A stretch of DNA of 63,130 nucleotides, filler included, from Octopus bimaculoides (Eukaryota): assembly GCF_001194135.2 (NCBI RefSeq). It is 4 parts of 3 records of this genome, joined end to end, with 100 filler letters (N's around TTAATTAATTAA, not from the genome) between each part and the next. Parts side by side here need not be neighbours in the genome. Positions count along the whole stretch, not along the records: positions 27,041 to 58,853 come from NC_068982.1; positions 58,954 to 63,130 come from NC_068982.1; 2 more parts are not named here. One strand, written 5' to 3'. Positions 49,809-61,599 of the stretch are shown here, piece after piece. The notes beneath the pieces are model-generated. The model saw only the letters and a program-made list of their open reading frames with translations. It was not told the DNA's origin and made no database searches. Every line of letters starts with the position of its first letter. The first letter of the stretch is position 1. A program made the translations under genes and the position numbers.

Positions 49809-51394
49809 CGTATATAGGGCAAGCTTTAATTTTTTTTGCAAAGTGGCTGAGTTTCTCTAATACATCAAACTTTTGCAAAGCATCAAGTTTAACATTCAAC
49901 GTAATTACTGCCTTCTCTTCTAATTAATTGTTATATTTCCAGACATTTTGATCACTATACCTTACATATTGGTCGTTAAATCCAAGATTGGATGTGGCTG
50001 GCAAGAAATTCACGCCAACAAGAAAAACAGAAGAGTTCGATGAAAGTAACGATGATTTGAACGGAAAAATATGCAAAGAAGTGGAAAGATTAAAGTCCGT
50101 GACATGATCCACATCAGCTGAACTAGTGGAGAGTAAAGAGTAGGGAACAAGTGGACACTGGTAAGTATGTTGAGATCAGTGGAAAAAAACAAAACAAAAA
50201 AACAGGGCCACTTGAATTACTTGACGCACAAAATGGGTTGAAGGAGAGAAAGCATAGCCACTGGCGATGTTCAAGAAAAAATATGCAGCATAATTTTAAA
50301 GTTGTTAAAATTGATGCTAGTTTTCCTTAAAGTTGAATTACAAGCCGTATCTCGAATTCTCGTAAGTGTGGAATTCCCTGAACAAAGATTTCATAATACG
50401 AAGTATGTTTGTATTTTGGTTATTAATAAGTATGAATTCAATTTTATGCGAATATCTGAATATCATAAATGAGTTGATGATACGTACATCATTTATAATG
50501 TATGTACAAACATTTCTTCAGAAATTTTGAGTGCGATTAAAAAAAAAATCTAATGCTGTTTCATGTGCGTACATCAGTTTGACATAATCGTGGCTATTTT
50601 CAATAAAGATCAGTAAATGTTTTGTTTATCGATTTCTATAGAGGAACAGAAGTTCTAGCCTAGCTACGAATGACCGAAGGCTGCTTGTCACCGAGGAGGC
50701 GAAACTAAATCCAAACACAGCGTCTCTGTCTCTCGCACTCTTCTTCATGTCCTTTAACGAAAAAAATAAATGGAAATTCAACTTCTTATACGTGATAGAA
50801 AAGAAATAAACGCGATCTCTATTCTGAGAACTCTTATCTCTCATAATGAATCGCATAAAAAGACAGAATCATTCTGGAATCAGTGGTAAAGGGCCAACAG
50901 CCACGAAGCGGACGAATGTACAGAAAACCATACACCTCTATATATCCAACCGCCTGAAACTGTCCTTCGATGGAAAACTATCATAAAGCATCCAATGTGG
51001 AATTAACTACATTGGAGCTTACACATCCGAAATCAATCCTAACTTGTTATATCTTACCAAATTTTATAAGCATTTCAGAATATCTTTTCAGAGTTGCTTA
51101 ATCTTTAATGAGTCCAAGTTGTTTTTGTAGCTAAGAGACATGTAAACTTAACTCAAATAAGCCACAGCCTTAAATTGTAAACCCTTTATTATACAATTCA
51201 TTTCGCTTGGTGTAAACCTTTTCAGAAGCATTTTTGTAGACTCTTCTAAGTTTCATTCTCCAGATAGCTTTGTACGCTACAAAGTCTACTTCAGTTTGTG
51301 TCACCCTTTTCCCTAATGCAGCTTTTGTGTGGCTTTTGCGATTATTACAATTACCAGAATTTTGTCTTTCAATAACTTGTTGATTTTACTCATT

Positions 51395-51452
<58 letters not shown>

Positions 51453-52319
51453 GTTGGCTGAGTCAGGCAACTTAAAAGCATTGAAGAGCAGCATAAGCAA
51501 TACAAAAAGTGTACTGAAGATAACGTGACTTTGTTGATATTCAAAATGTTTCTCAAAAGATAAAAATATAAATAAATCAACAGCATTATCTTGTTGTCAT
51601 TAAGTACGTCTGGCTCAAAACACTTGGATCACCACTCGTGTTCCTCTGTGTGTGTGTGTGTGTGTGTGAGCGTGTATATATGTATATATGTATGTATACG
51701 TTTATATATATATGTATATACAGGAACCCTTGCGTTAATGCTGTAACGCGTATCTAAAATCTGGGCTCAGCGCGAAATTCCGTGACGAGGATAGTGAGAT
51801 GAGCTCCGACGGATATTTACAAAAAAAATAATAATAAATAAAACTAAGCAAAATGACCACTTTTCTGCATAAAAATAACGATTTTTAAGCACGCAGAGTA
51901 CAATAAAGATATTAGAAAAGACTGAAGCGTAATACGCTGGGGGATAAATAAGAATCACAATATCGTAACAGAGAACGTTCTTAGTACAAAAACAAACAAA
52001 CAAAAAGACTGTGTGGAAGGGTGGTGGTGGCGGGGTGGGGGNNNNNNNNNNNNNNNNNNNNNNNNNNNNNNNNNNGGGGGTGGGGTGGAATGATGATTCC
52101 TGGGAGAATGAGGCTTACTATCTTCTGTTTTGTAGTTCATCACCATTAACATCTGCTCGAGTTGTTTGGGGCATCACCTCTTTGTATAACTTATTTAGGT
52201 GTTATTTAACAATATTCTTTGCAGTCAATTTTAATGGGGTTGGCTGAATGACCGTATTGTCGTCTGAATTCACCAATATTAATTACTAGCTCCTCGTTAA
52301 ATGCACTTTCCCTATGTAA

Positions 52320-54500
52320 GGGTGAAATTACAGACCGTATCTTGATATTTGTGCCCAAACCTGACGATTTCTGTGAGCGCACAATCTTCGAGGTAACCAT
52401 AGAGCGGGTTACCTCTGTTTCCTCTATACTTAACACCCAAGCACCAGCTTCAAAATCCTCACTGTTCCCAACGAAACAGTTTTCTGAGCGTGTTCTACCC
52501 TCATGTCAATCTCAATTTCTCAAACTCGGTTGTTAATACTCCCAATGCCATCTCCCGGTGTTGGTCTTGTTTTTCCCTTCTTTTTTTTGAGGTATTACCC
52601 ATGCATCGCTTTCACTTTCCATTTGTGCAATCTTTGCTCTCCATCTTGTTTCTTAATTTCTTGTGTCACATTCGGTATTTCGTTGTTATTTCTAACAGAA
52701 ACAACCAAAGTTTCGATCGGATGCTTGATGTATCATCCCAGATTGTTTTCCTCACTAGCAACACAGCCTATGAGATCTCTTCCTCTATTCTTTCTAGGCA
52801 CATACACTCTATCGACATCACTTTTGGGTTGCAGTTCCTTGTTCACTGTCATCACTTGCCTGGTTTTCCTATCCGTTTCCTCAAACTTGTTCTTTGTCAA
52901 TCTAACAACACCTGCGCCATATTGCATTAAAGAGGCAGTCCATGCATTCATTGTCTCCTGATCTTGTTCTTTCCATTGAGTCTACTCTACATAATTAATT
53001 TGGTCCTCCTGAGGTATTCTTGCCTAAACCTTTCTTTGGTTTTGTCATACTCTAAAACACCCAAACGCTTGCATCCGTCCACCTCAACTTCCTTGATTCT
53101 CTTGTCGTTGACTAGGTCATTACTTCGCCTTTTTGATAAGATCATCACACTTATTAATCCATATTCCACCCCGTTGTTGATCATTTTATTCATTTGCGCA
53201 GCTATTCGTTTGGCTAATGCTGGGAAATTTTTCAGCCAGTACTCTTGTACTCCATCCGGGTCTGGACATTTCCAGTTTGGAACCTTTGTTTACTGTTTGG
53301 TCAACATTTCAGTTGTTATTCTTATATTGCTCTGCTTCGCTTCATTTTACTCTCATCTTAACTCCTTCTACCTTTAGGCATCTTTCTTATGATTTCTTCC
53401 ATTATCCCATATGTTACTTCAAAAGCTCCTACTTTCTGCAGCTTCCGGTTTCTGTGCTGTTAACCATTTCTGTTTCTATTGGTATAATCTATTTATCTTC
53501 TATTGTTCAATATTTTGACGATATCTCTTAACTTTTGCACCTTTAGCCTGCAGTCTTTGTTTCAGTTCTTCAAGGACTGCATTTACCCCTCCCCCACCAC
53601 TTTTTATCCTATATCCACGTTCTTGTTCCTGATATTTCTCCTTCCTTATTTCTCATTGTATCTTTCTTTCCAGGATGTTAATATGTTTTCGTAATTCGTT
53701 CATTGCTTGCTTTATTCTTCTTTTCCACCAAAGCATCTTTTCTACATTTCCTCTTTTACGGTTTGGTTCAAAAGCTACTTTTCTTCCTATTGTAGATGAT
53801 ACAAACTTTAATCAATCTACTCATTCCAAAGGCGGTGAGCTGGAAGAAACATTAGCACGCCGGGCGAAATGCTTAGCGGTATTTCGTCTGTCTTTATGTT
53901 CTCAGTTCAAATTCCGCCGAGGTCGACTTTGCCTTTCATCCTTTCGGGGTCGATAAATTAAGTACCACTGGGGTTGATCTAATCGACTGATCCCCTCCAC
54001 CATAATTCCGGGCCTTGTGCCTAGAGTAGAAAAGAATCTACTCGTTCCAGTTATATTATCCGTTATAATTTCTTTCAGTAATTTATTCACCTTTCGAGTC
54101 CACCCCTTAAACAAGATTCTATTCACTTTCCTGAATCAATTTATTTCCATGCCTGACTTTTCTCAATTATGCCAGTGATGTCTTCGATTATTCTTCTGTC
54201 CTCATCGCTAAATATCTCTACATTCTCAAAATTTAAACCGGCATGATTCTCCTGAATACTTTCATTAACTAGAAAAGCACTCGGAGAGCGCAGACCTCCG
54301 CCAAGCAGCTCGTTTCCACCCATAGACACGCATGCTGAAAATCGCCCAATTTCCCAAACCAACGCCAGCAAAAACATAACCTCCTCCCATACTTATCTCG
54401 ACCATCGTCATCATCAACACCGTCTCTGCTTTCACCACAATCACCGTCAAAACTACGATCACCACAACCGGTTTCTGTACACAGTTCAAAATCCATTATC
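52320..54500 (-). mobile_element. Third large R4/Dong-like copy with two internal deletions, interrupted by a SINE
   Basis: KVNKLLKEIITDNIT, PNWKCPDPDGVQEYWLKNF, DRKTRQVM..PKSDVDRVYVPRK, EHAQKTVSLGTVRILKLVLGC*; RT core and RLE missing; outer limits approximate. Confidence 0.8.
53828..54034 (+). mobile_element. Near full-length SINE family B with 14-bp TSD
   Basis: Head ggcggtgagctggaagaaac and B-box-like gttctcagttcaaattcc; TSD aatctactcattcc 53814-27 versus aatctactcgttcc 54035-48. Confidence 0.92.
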
Positions 54501-54814
54501 CGATACTCAAGGGACCGAGATTGGTGCAGATTTTTGATTTTTTAATTTCAGAGTGCTTTATTAAAAAAAAAAAAAATTGCATCTACAAAACGGAACAGTT
54601 TGAGGATAGAAACCAGGTCTGAACACAATAGCTTATAGACATACTCTGAATGTAGTTAATTTTTTTTTATACTTAAGACCATCAGAAATGTTAAGATATC
54701 AGCCTCTACCCACGTTGTCATGCTTCGATTAAAAGGTTACAGCATAGATTAGATTACTTAGATAAGTTTCGGCCGAAGTTGACTCAGGCCATGTCTAATT
54801 TAATAGCACCACCT

Positions 54815-55035
54815 GGAAGAGATACACAGTCAGCTCTGGGGAACCGTAGCCCATTCAAGCCGAGGGTTATTGTTTTCAGAGACATATCTGTGTGTGTGTG
54901 GTTTATCTGGTATTTGTTGGAGGTAATCATCTAGGGATTGTTTGAATGCCATGAATTTACTTTCCTCCTTTATGTATGTCTGGCACGATGTTGAAGAGAG
55001 CAGGGCCAATTGAAGTGAAATAGTTTTCAGCATAG
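54815..55035 (-). mobile_element. CR1-type LINE C-terminal fragment
   Basis: YFTSIGPALFNIVP in one frame and AFKQSLDDYLQQIPDKP...LEWA in ORF 54830-55033. Confidence 0.65.
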
Positions 55036-55156
55036 TTTGCTTTCTTTCTCAATTAAGACTATGTCCGGCTTCCTATTCTCTATCTCATGGCCGCACTGAA
55101 TCATAAAATCCTATAGCATCTTTGCATTTCTATTTTCGACGATGCCTGCAGGTCTG
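55036..55156 (-). mobile_element. Short R4-like RLE fragment starting at (TAA)4
   Basis: RPAGIVENRNAKML*DFMIQCGHEIENRKPDIVLIEKE. Confidence 0.7.
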
Positions 55157-55168
55157 TTATTATTATTA

Positions 55169-57400
55169 CTAGCAGGCGTACCCGGCATTGCCCGGGTGCG
55201 TTAGTTCGAAAAAGCTTTGAAACTAATAAAGCGATTAACACTCTCTCCCTTAAACACTTTTCACGCTTTATGGCAAGATTAACACCTCAGTAACTCTTTA
55301 AGGGAACCGCACGTGTAATATTACGACAACAATCAAGTGAAAAACTAAAGCAACAACAATTATAACAACAATAACGTAGGACTGAAATATGGCGCCAGCA
55401 CAGCAAGTCTACAAAACTTCCTTATAAACAACATTTTTTAGTTATCCCCTGGGTTATGAAGGCATGTAAACTGTTCCTACAACCCACTCTTGAGCAGCCA
55501 ACGTACAGTTGATTGTGTGAAAAGCATGGTTCGGCTAAGTAAAGTCCAACGACAGACAGTGACTGCCTCTGGGACTTATTAATGGACATGGCGTAACTGA
55601 GTCTAATTGGAAACTGCACTCTGCAGAATGTGAACGGTAATTCTGCAGCCGAAGACACAAGGGGAATTTGCGGTATGAAGACGTCTTGACCTTTACCACA
55701 GATGGTCATAATCGTTGCTTCAATGACATTGGGAAGTAATTTTGTGATAACAAGGCGTGTACCGTTGCACAACGTCGGTGGATTTAAATTCCTTATCAGT
55801 ATAACAGGGATACCTACTTGAAGAGTGTAGTGACGCCTCAATAGCAGACGACATTTCCGGAAAGTTTATCCACGCATGCGCAGGGACTAGTTCCGGAAGG
55901 AATACAGGAAGAGTCTCATGCGCATGCGTAGTCATCGACATCCAAGCTTTCGCGCTTCTTTTCATTCTCTTTCACCCTGGCCGACGAAGGGCCTAGACGT
56001 CGTAGCAGCCTCTCTCCAACATTCCAACTCTGGAGCTAGACAAATAACCACTCAACATCATCGACGGTGTCTCAGTAACCAAAGGGCGAAGTGCTGCCGA
56101 ATTCTATTGTAATAAATATTGTTGTGTTGATAGTTCAGAATCTGCGTTCCGTTGTTTCTTCAAGAAATTTAATGTACGGAAGCGGAGTACACCTAATGGT
56201 GTATAACCACTTCCCTACAAAAGTAAGAATGTGTGGAGGTACACCTGAAGGCTCCAAGGAATTCAAAAATTCAGTGGGATAATCAACTACCTCATCCTGA
56301 TTGGGAATGGTGTCTACTGTCTTATAGACTGTCACGTCCCCAGGCAAACGCAGTAAGATGCTGTTGTTGATTGCATTGACCGCGACGTTTTTAGGAGCTA
56401 AAATGGCTCTTTGGTAAAGTCAATCAAGATCTCCGTTGTGGACTTCTAGGCCTGGGAAGATCTGGTCCTGAAGACTCTGGATAGTACTGACATCTTCATT
56501 TTTGTCTTCTGGAACTTCACCATTGCCAAGAAGGAGAATATCCCACGCAAAATCTTCTGACAATAGGTCCTCATGGAGGCGCGCTCTTATGTTGGATTCA
56601 AACTTTAAAGTAACAACATGACCCCATAGAGGTGAAAACTTAAGACACGCCATTAATTCATCCGGCCTTGTGCCTTTCGGAATCACTGGCAAGGTTTGTC
56701 TAAAGTCCCCAGATAGCAAGACAGTGACACACCCCATCAGTTCGTGGCTTTCCTTTATGTCTCGCAAAATTCTATCTAATGCCTCAAGGGCACCCTTGTG
56801 AGCCATTGTGTGCATTCATCCCAAACAATCAGGCGGCATTGTATGAGCAATTGCCCGTTGTCCGACGTCTTTGAAATGTTGCAAACAGGCATTGGTGAGC
56901 TTGCGAGGTTAAGGGGAAGCTTAAACGTAGAGTGTGCAGTCCTTCCACCAGAGAGCAGAGTAGCAGCTATGCCTGAAGTTGTCACAGCTATTGCGATGCA
57001 CTTTTTGTAGCCTTACTTTTGCAAGAACGAGTCTAGTTACGAACGTTTTGCCTGTCCTGCCAGGAGCGTTAAGGAAGGAAACGCCACCTTTAAGACCCTG
57101 GACTTGCTGAACGATAGTGTCGTAGGCGTGCTTCTGGTCAGTTAGCAGGAGTACCTCATTGATCTGTACATATGTGGATAGTTCAGTAATGTCATAAGAT
57201 GTTTCTCGAGCAATCTCAGAAGGGAGATCATTTGAGGTGTGCTTTGCAGCGGGGTGGGGTGGGGGGTAGAGCCCGTAAATGGTCATTACGTCACCGTCTA
57301 AAGCTAGAGTCTTCTTTTCAATCTTAATCAGCGCTAGGTTGTATATTGTATCGGTGAAACCATACTCAATTTCATCTTTACCAAATAATTTGCGAAGGAG
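55169..57400 (-). mobile_element. Helitron remnant: PIF1-like helicase plus intact 3' terminus
   Basis: LNAPGRTGKT, SGIAATLLSGGRTAHS, VWDEC, LSGDFRQTLPV, LCNGTRL, QFPIRLSYAMSINKSQ, FSHNQLYVGCSRV, KNVVYKEVL* (stop 55409-11); hairpin acccgg/ccgggt 55180-55197 and terminal CTAG 55169-72; several frameshifts; upstream limit uncertain. Confidence 0.92.
55826..56219 (+). mobile_element. 394-bp solo-LTR-like insertion (TGTAG...CTACA) inside the Helitron helicase
   Basis: Flanks agag (55822-25) and aaag (56220-23); removing it with one TSD copy restores HILTLQVG in frame. Confidence 0.8.
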
Positions 57401-57972
57401 GGAATGGGTTATTTCCCTTGGAAGCTTAAAAATAATTACGCCCTCCGTTCAACTGCTCCCAAATGTTGTTCCTCTGCCGTTTACTCCAGCATTTTTTCGA
57501 AATCAATTTATAGTTAGAACCTCCAGAGACACATANNNNNNNNNNNNNNNNNNNNNNNNNNNNNNNNNNNNNNNNNNNNNNNNNNNNNNNNNNNNNNNNN
57601 NNNNNNNNNNNNNNNNNNNNNNNNNNNNNNNNNNNNNNNNNNNNNNNNNNNNNNNNNNNNNNNNNNNNNNNNNNNNNNNNNNNNNNNNNNNNNNNNNNNN
57701 NNNNNNNNNNNNNNNNNNNNNNNNNNNNNNNNNNNNNNNNNNNNNNNNNNNNNNNNNNNNNNNNNNNNNNNNNNNNNNNNNNNNNNNNNNNNNNNNNNNN
57801 NNNNNNNNNNNNNNNNNNNNNNNNNNNNNNNNNNNNNNNNNNNNNNNNNNNNNNNNNNNNNNNNNNNNNNNNNNNNNNNNNNNNNNNNNNNNNNNNNNNN
57901 NNNNNNNNNNNNNNNNNNNNNNNNNNNNNNNNNNNNNNNNNNNNNNNNNNTATATATATATATATATATATA

Positions 57973-58853
57973 TGTAGTGAAACTAACCTCTATCGCCATT
58001 ATATACAAACAAACCATCTTCTCTCACTATAAATATTGACAGACGCGAGCGTAGTAGAAAGCAACTCATTCCCTGTCATCACCTGACTGACTATTTCTTT
58101 TCGCGGGTAAATTATCTCCACCCGTTCGCCCTAGGACGCAAACTGACCAACCGTAGCCCCTAATAAGGTCACGTGATAGTGTTCTTCTAATGCTTCTCTG
58201 GAGCCTACCTTCAGCTATAAATAGCCTACTAGATACCCGGCAAATTCGTCGCGCCTCAGATCGCCTAGATCTGGCCGCCGGCCACACACGCGTAACACAA
58301 CCAGCCCGTACAACACCAGCCAGCCAGTTTCCAGCGACGACATCGACACCATCGTCCAACTACGACTACCAGCATCGCCGCCAGCGTCAACACGACACTA
58401 CAACTACCAGCATCGTCCCCAACAGCGTCAACTTGACTCTACACGTACACAAGCTACCAACAGCTAACAGCACTTCTCTTCGATCCTGTTTGTGTGATTT
58501 CTTCACCACGATAAATAACAGCCAAGAATTTAGCCTGCGAAGAACATCTGTATTCAAGAACCCGGCTTGGCATGGAAGCCCTAACATCACAACTAGTGAT
58601 CGCTCTGCCCCACATGCCTTAACTTCTTATATACAGACACTTACCACTGTGTACTCTAATTAAGAACTGGTATCTTAAATTCCGATACATGTTACTGGCT
58701 CTTTTCTATCCGCTGTATCTCACGCATTCACATACATGTATTACTTGCACACACTCTTTTGTTTACATGACGGCCTGTCTTTTATTGTTTCATTATGTCG
58801 CATTCACTCACACACAGACATACAATTTAATGCTACAATAAATCTTACTATTA
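57973..58853 (+). mobile_element. Fourth copy of the large LTR family, 3' end lost in a gap
   Basis: tgtagtgaaac start, E-box 58167-76, TATAAATA 58216-23; colinear with 48833-49630. Confidence 0.85.
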
Positions 58854-58897
58854 NNNNNNNNNNNNNNNNNNNNNNNNNNNNNNNNNNNNNNNNNNNN

Positions 58898-58909
58898 TTA
58901 ATTAATTAA
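58898..58909. other. Assembly linker TTAATTAATTAA inside a 100-bp gap
   Basis: 44 N + 12 nt + 44 N. Confidence 0.95.
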
Positions 58910-58998
58910 NNNNNNNNNNNNNNNNNNNNNNNNNNNNNNNNNNNNNNNNNNNNTGTATGAATTTAATGAATGAAACAGGTATGGTGACTTACTTTTAG

Positions 58999-59041
58999 GA
59001 CTTGAAGTTTCAACGTTACGATAATCGTCACGCTTCTTTAG
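58999..59041 (-). ncRNA. Degenerate hammerhead-like motif
   Basis: Minus strand CTAAAGA, stem AGCGTGACGA/TCGTAACGTT, GAAAC TTCAA GTC; G5 is A and stem I is weak. Confidence 0.3.
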
Positions 59042-59080
59042 CTGGCAGGTTGTCAATATGTATGTGTGTGTGTATGTATG

Positions 59081-59114
<34 letters not shown>

Positions 59115-59279
59115 TGTATGTATGTATGTATGTACGTATGTATGTACGTACATATGTATGTATGTATGTTTGCATGCATGTACACAGAGTGTGTGGGAAA
59201 GAGAGAGAGAGAAAAAAAGAGTTTTCATCTGCAGAGAGACCTCGACTGCGAAATTCACTTACAAGCCATTCATCGGCCT

Positions 59280-59392
59280 GATACTGATAGAGATGAGCCC
59301 TTATCCAAGACACCAGCAGTAGACTGAACCCAAATCTATGTGGTTGCAAATTAAATATTTTAACAACAGAGCCACACCTGCGCGTATCATAT
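59280..59392 (-). mobile_element. SINE family A
   Basis: tccaagacaccagcagtagactgaacccaaatctatgtggttgc...cagagccacacctgcg. Confidence 0.7.
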
Positions 59393-61267
59393 GACAATGT
59401 TCTTAACAGATCTATGGATTCTTTAAAACTTTGGTACAATCACACCATAATCGAAGTCCAATAGAATACTTAACGTTTAGTCGAACAGATTTCTTTTATT
59501 TGTTTGTTTGTTTGTTTATTTGTTTACTCTTTATTTATTTGCTTGTTCGTTTATTGACTCATGCATTTCCTAGGGTTTCATTAACGTCATTGCTTTTTAT
59601 CAAGGGTCATTTAATAAATGCGCGTGCGACGTATACGTTTACCTATATGCGTGCAAAAGCTTGTGCAGGTACGTAGGTAGGTTTAAGATATGCCAACAGT
59701 GTTAATTACTTTTGGTTTTATTGGTTTTGATCCTTTGCATTTACATGGTGGTGGTGGTGGTGGTNNNNNNNNNNNNNNNNNNNNNNNNNNNNNNNNNNNN
59801 NNNNNNNNNNNNNNNNNNNNNNNNNNNNNNNNNNNNNNNNNNNNNNNNNNNNNNNNNNNNNNNNNNNNNNNNNNNNNNNNNNNNNNNNNNNNNNNNNNNN
59901 NNNNNNNNNNNNNNNNNNNNNNNNNNNNNNNNNNNNNNNNNNNNNNNNNNNNNNNNNNNNNNNNNNNNNNNNNNNNNNNNNNNNNNNNNNNNNNNNNNNN
60001 NNNNNNNNNNNNNNNNNNNNNNNNNNNNNNNNNNNNNNNNNNNNNNNNNNNNNNNNNNNNNNNNNNNNNNNNNNNNNNNNNNNNNNNNNNNNNNNNNNNN
60101 NNNNNNNNNNNNNNNNNNNNNNNNNNNNNNNNNNNNNNNNNNNNNNNNNNNNNNNNNNNNNNNNNNNNNNNNNNNNNNNNNNNNNNNNNNNNNNNNNNNN
60201 NNNNNNNNNNNNNNNNNNNNNNNNNNNNNNNNNNNNNNNNNNNNNNNNNNNNNNNNNNNNNNNNNNNNNNNNNNNNNNNNNNNNNNNNNNNNNNNNNNNN
60301 NNNNNNNNNNNNNNNNNNNNNNNNNNNNNNNNNNNNNNNNNNNNNNNNNNNNNNNNNNNNNNNNNNNNNNNNNNNNNNNNNNNNNNNNNNNNNNNNNNNN
60401 NNNNNNNNNNNNNNNNNNNNNNNNNNNNNNNNNNNNNNNNNNNNNNNNNNNNNNNNNNNNNNNNNNNNNNNNNNNNNNNNNNNNNNNNNNNNNNNNNNNN
60501 NNNNNNNNNNNNNNNNNNNNNNNNNNNNNNNNNNNNNNNNNNNNNNNNNNNNNNNNNNNNNNNNNNNNNNNNNNNNNNNNNNNNNNNNNNNNNNNNNNNN
60601 NNNNTGGTGGTGATAGTGGTGGTGGTGGTGGTGGTGGTGGTGGTGGTGGTCGTCGTCGTCGTCGTCGTCGTTGACGTTGCGTCGTGGTTGCAGTAATGGT
60701 GAACATTCTACATATATGACTCTCTTGCTATATCTTGAAATACTTTAACATTCTCAGTCATTAGGTTTACAGATTAAGAGATTATAATCAGAGCGATTCT
60801 GATAATAATGTCGATGATCATGATCATGATAGTGATGTATCAGACTCTTCTGTGATTCTATCAGGGCGGCGGTGGCGGTGGCAATAAGCGTTGCAATGGT
60901 GGTCGAGAAGATTCCAAATTTATCGCCAGTGAACGCAGTCACATGACAGCAACAGGAAATTGGTTTAAATTTCCATCAAATCTAGTAACGTCCACAACTG
61001 CACAACTTGGACTGAATGATGGATCACTTTTGATAATTCTAGATGAATTGTTGGGTGCTAGGCAAGTATTTGCATGCAAGCACCAACATTTCAGGATGAT
61101 CTGGCCAGCTGTAACAATTCCTACATCAATCAGGCAATACCCATATGGATACGTTATTATTCTTGTAAAGTATGTTAAATCTATCATGTATGTATGCATG
61201 TATATGTATTATGTATATGGCTATGGATGTATTAATGCATGCACGCCCCCCCCCCCAACATACATTT

Positions 61268-61453
61268 CGCCGGGCGAAATGCTTAGCCGTATTTCATCTG
61301 TCTTTACGTTCTGAGTTCAATTTCCGCCGAGGTCGACTTTGCCTTTCATCTTTTCGGGGTCGATAAATTAAGTACCAATTGGGTACTGGAGTCGATCTAA
61401 TCGACTGGCTCCCTCCTCCAACATTTCGGGCCTTGTACCTAGAGAAGAAAAAA
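61268..61453 (+). mobile_element. SINE family B, slightly 5'-truncated
   Basis: cgccgggcgaaatgcttagc...gttctgagttcaatttccgccgaggtcgactttgcc...gtacctagagaagaaa. Confidence 0.9.
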
Positions 61454-61532
61454 AGATTATATGCCATACTATACTATATTATATACATTACATATATATT
61501 ATATTCATTACATATATTATATATTTTATATA

Positions 61533-61599
<67 letters not shown>

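Noticed and set aside
52011-52085. G-rich tract suggesting a G-quadruplex
   Set aside because: Mostly an N-gap flanked by short G/GGT runs; the real sequence is unknown
58190-58663. 157-aa ORF inside the LTR with a partly matching frame at 49126-49383
   Set aside because: Starts upstream of the predicted TATA, reflects C/A-rich stop-poor composition, and its start and length are not conserved between copies
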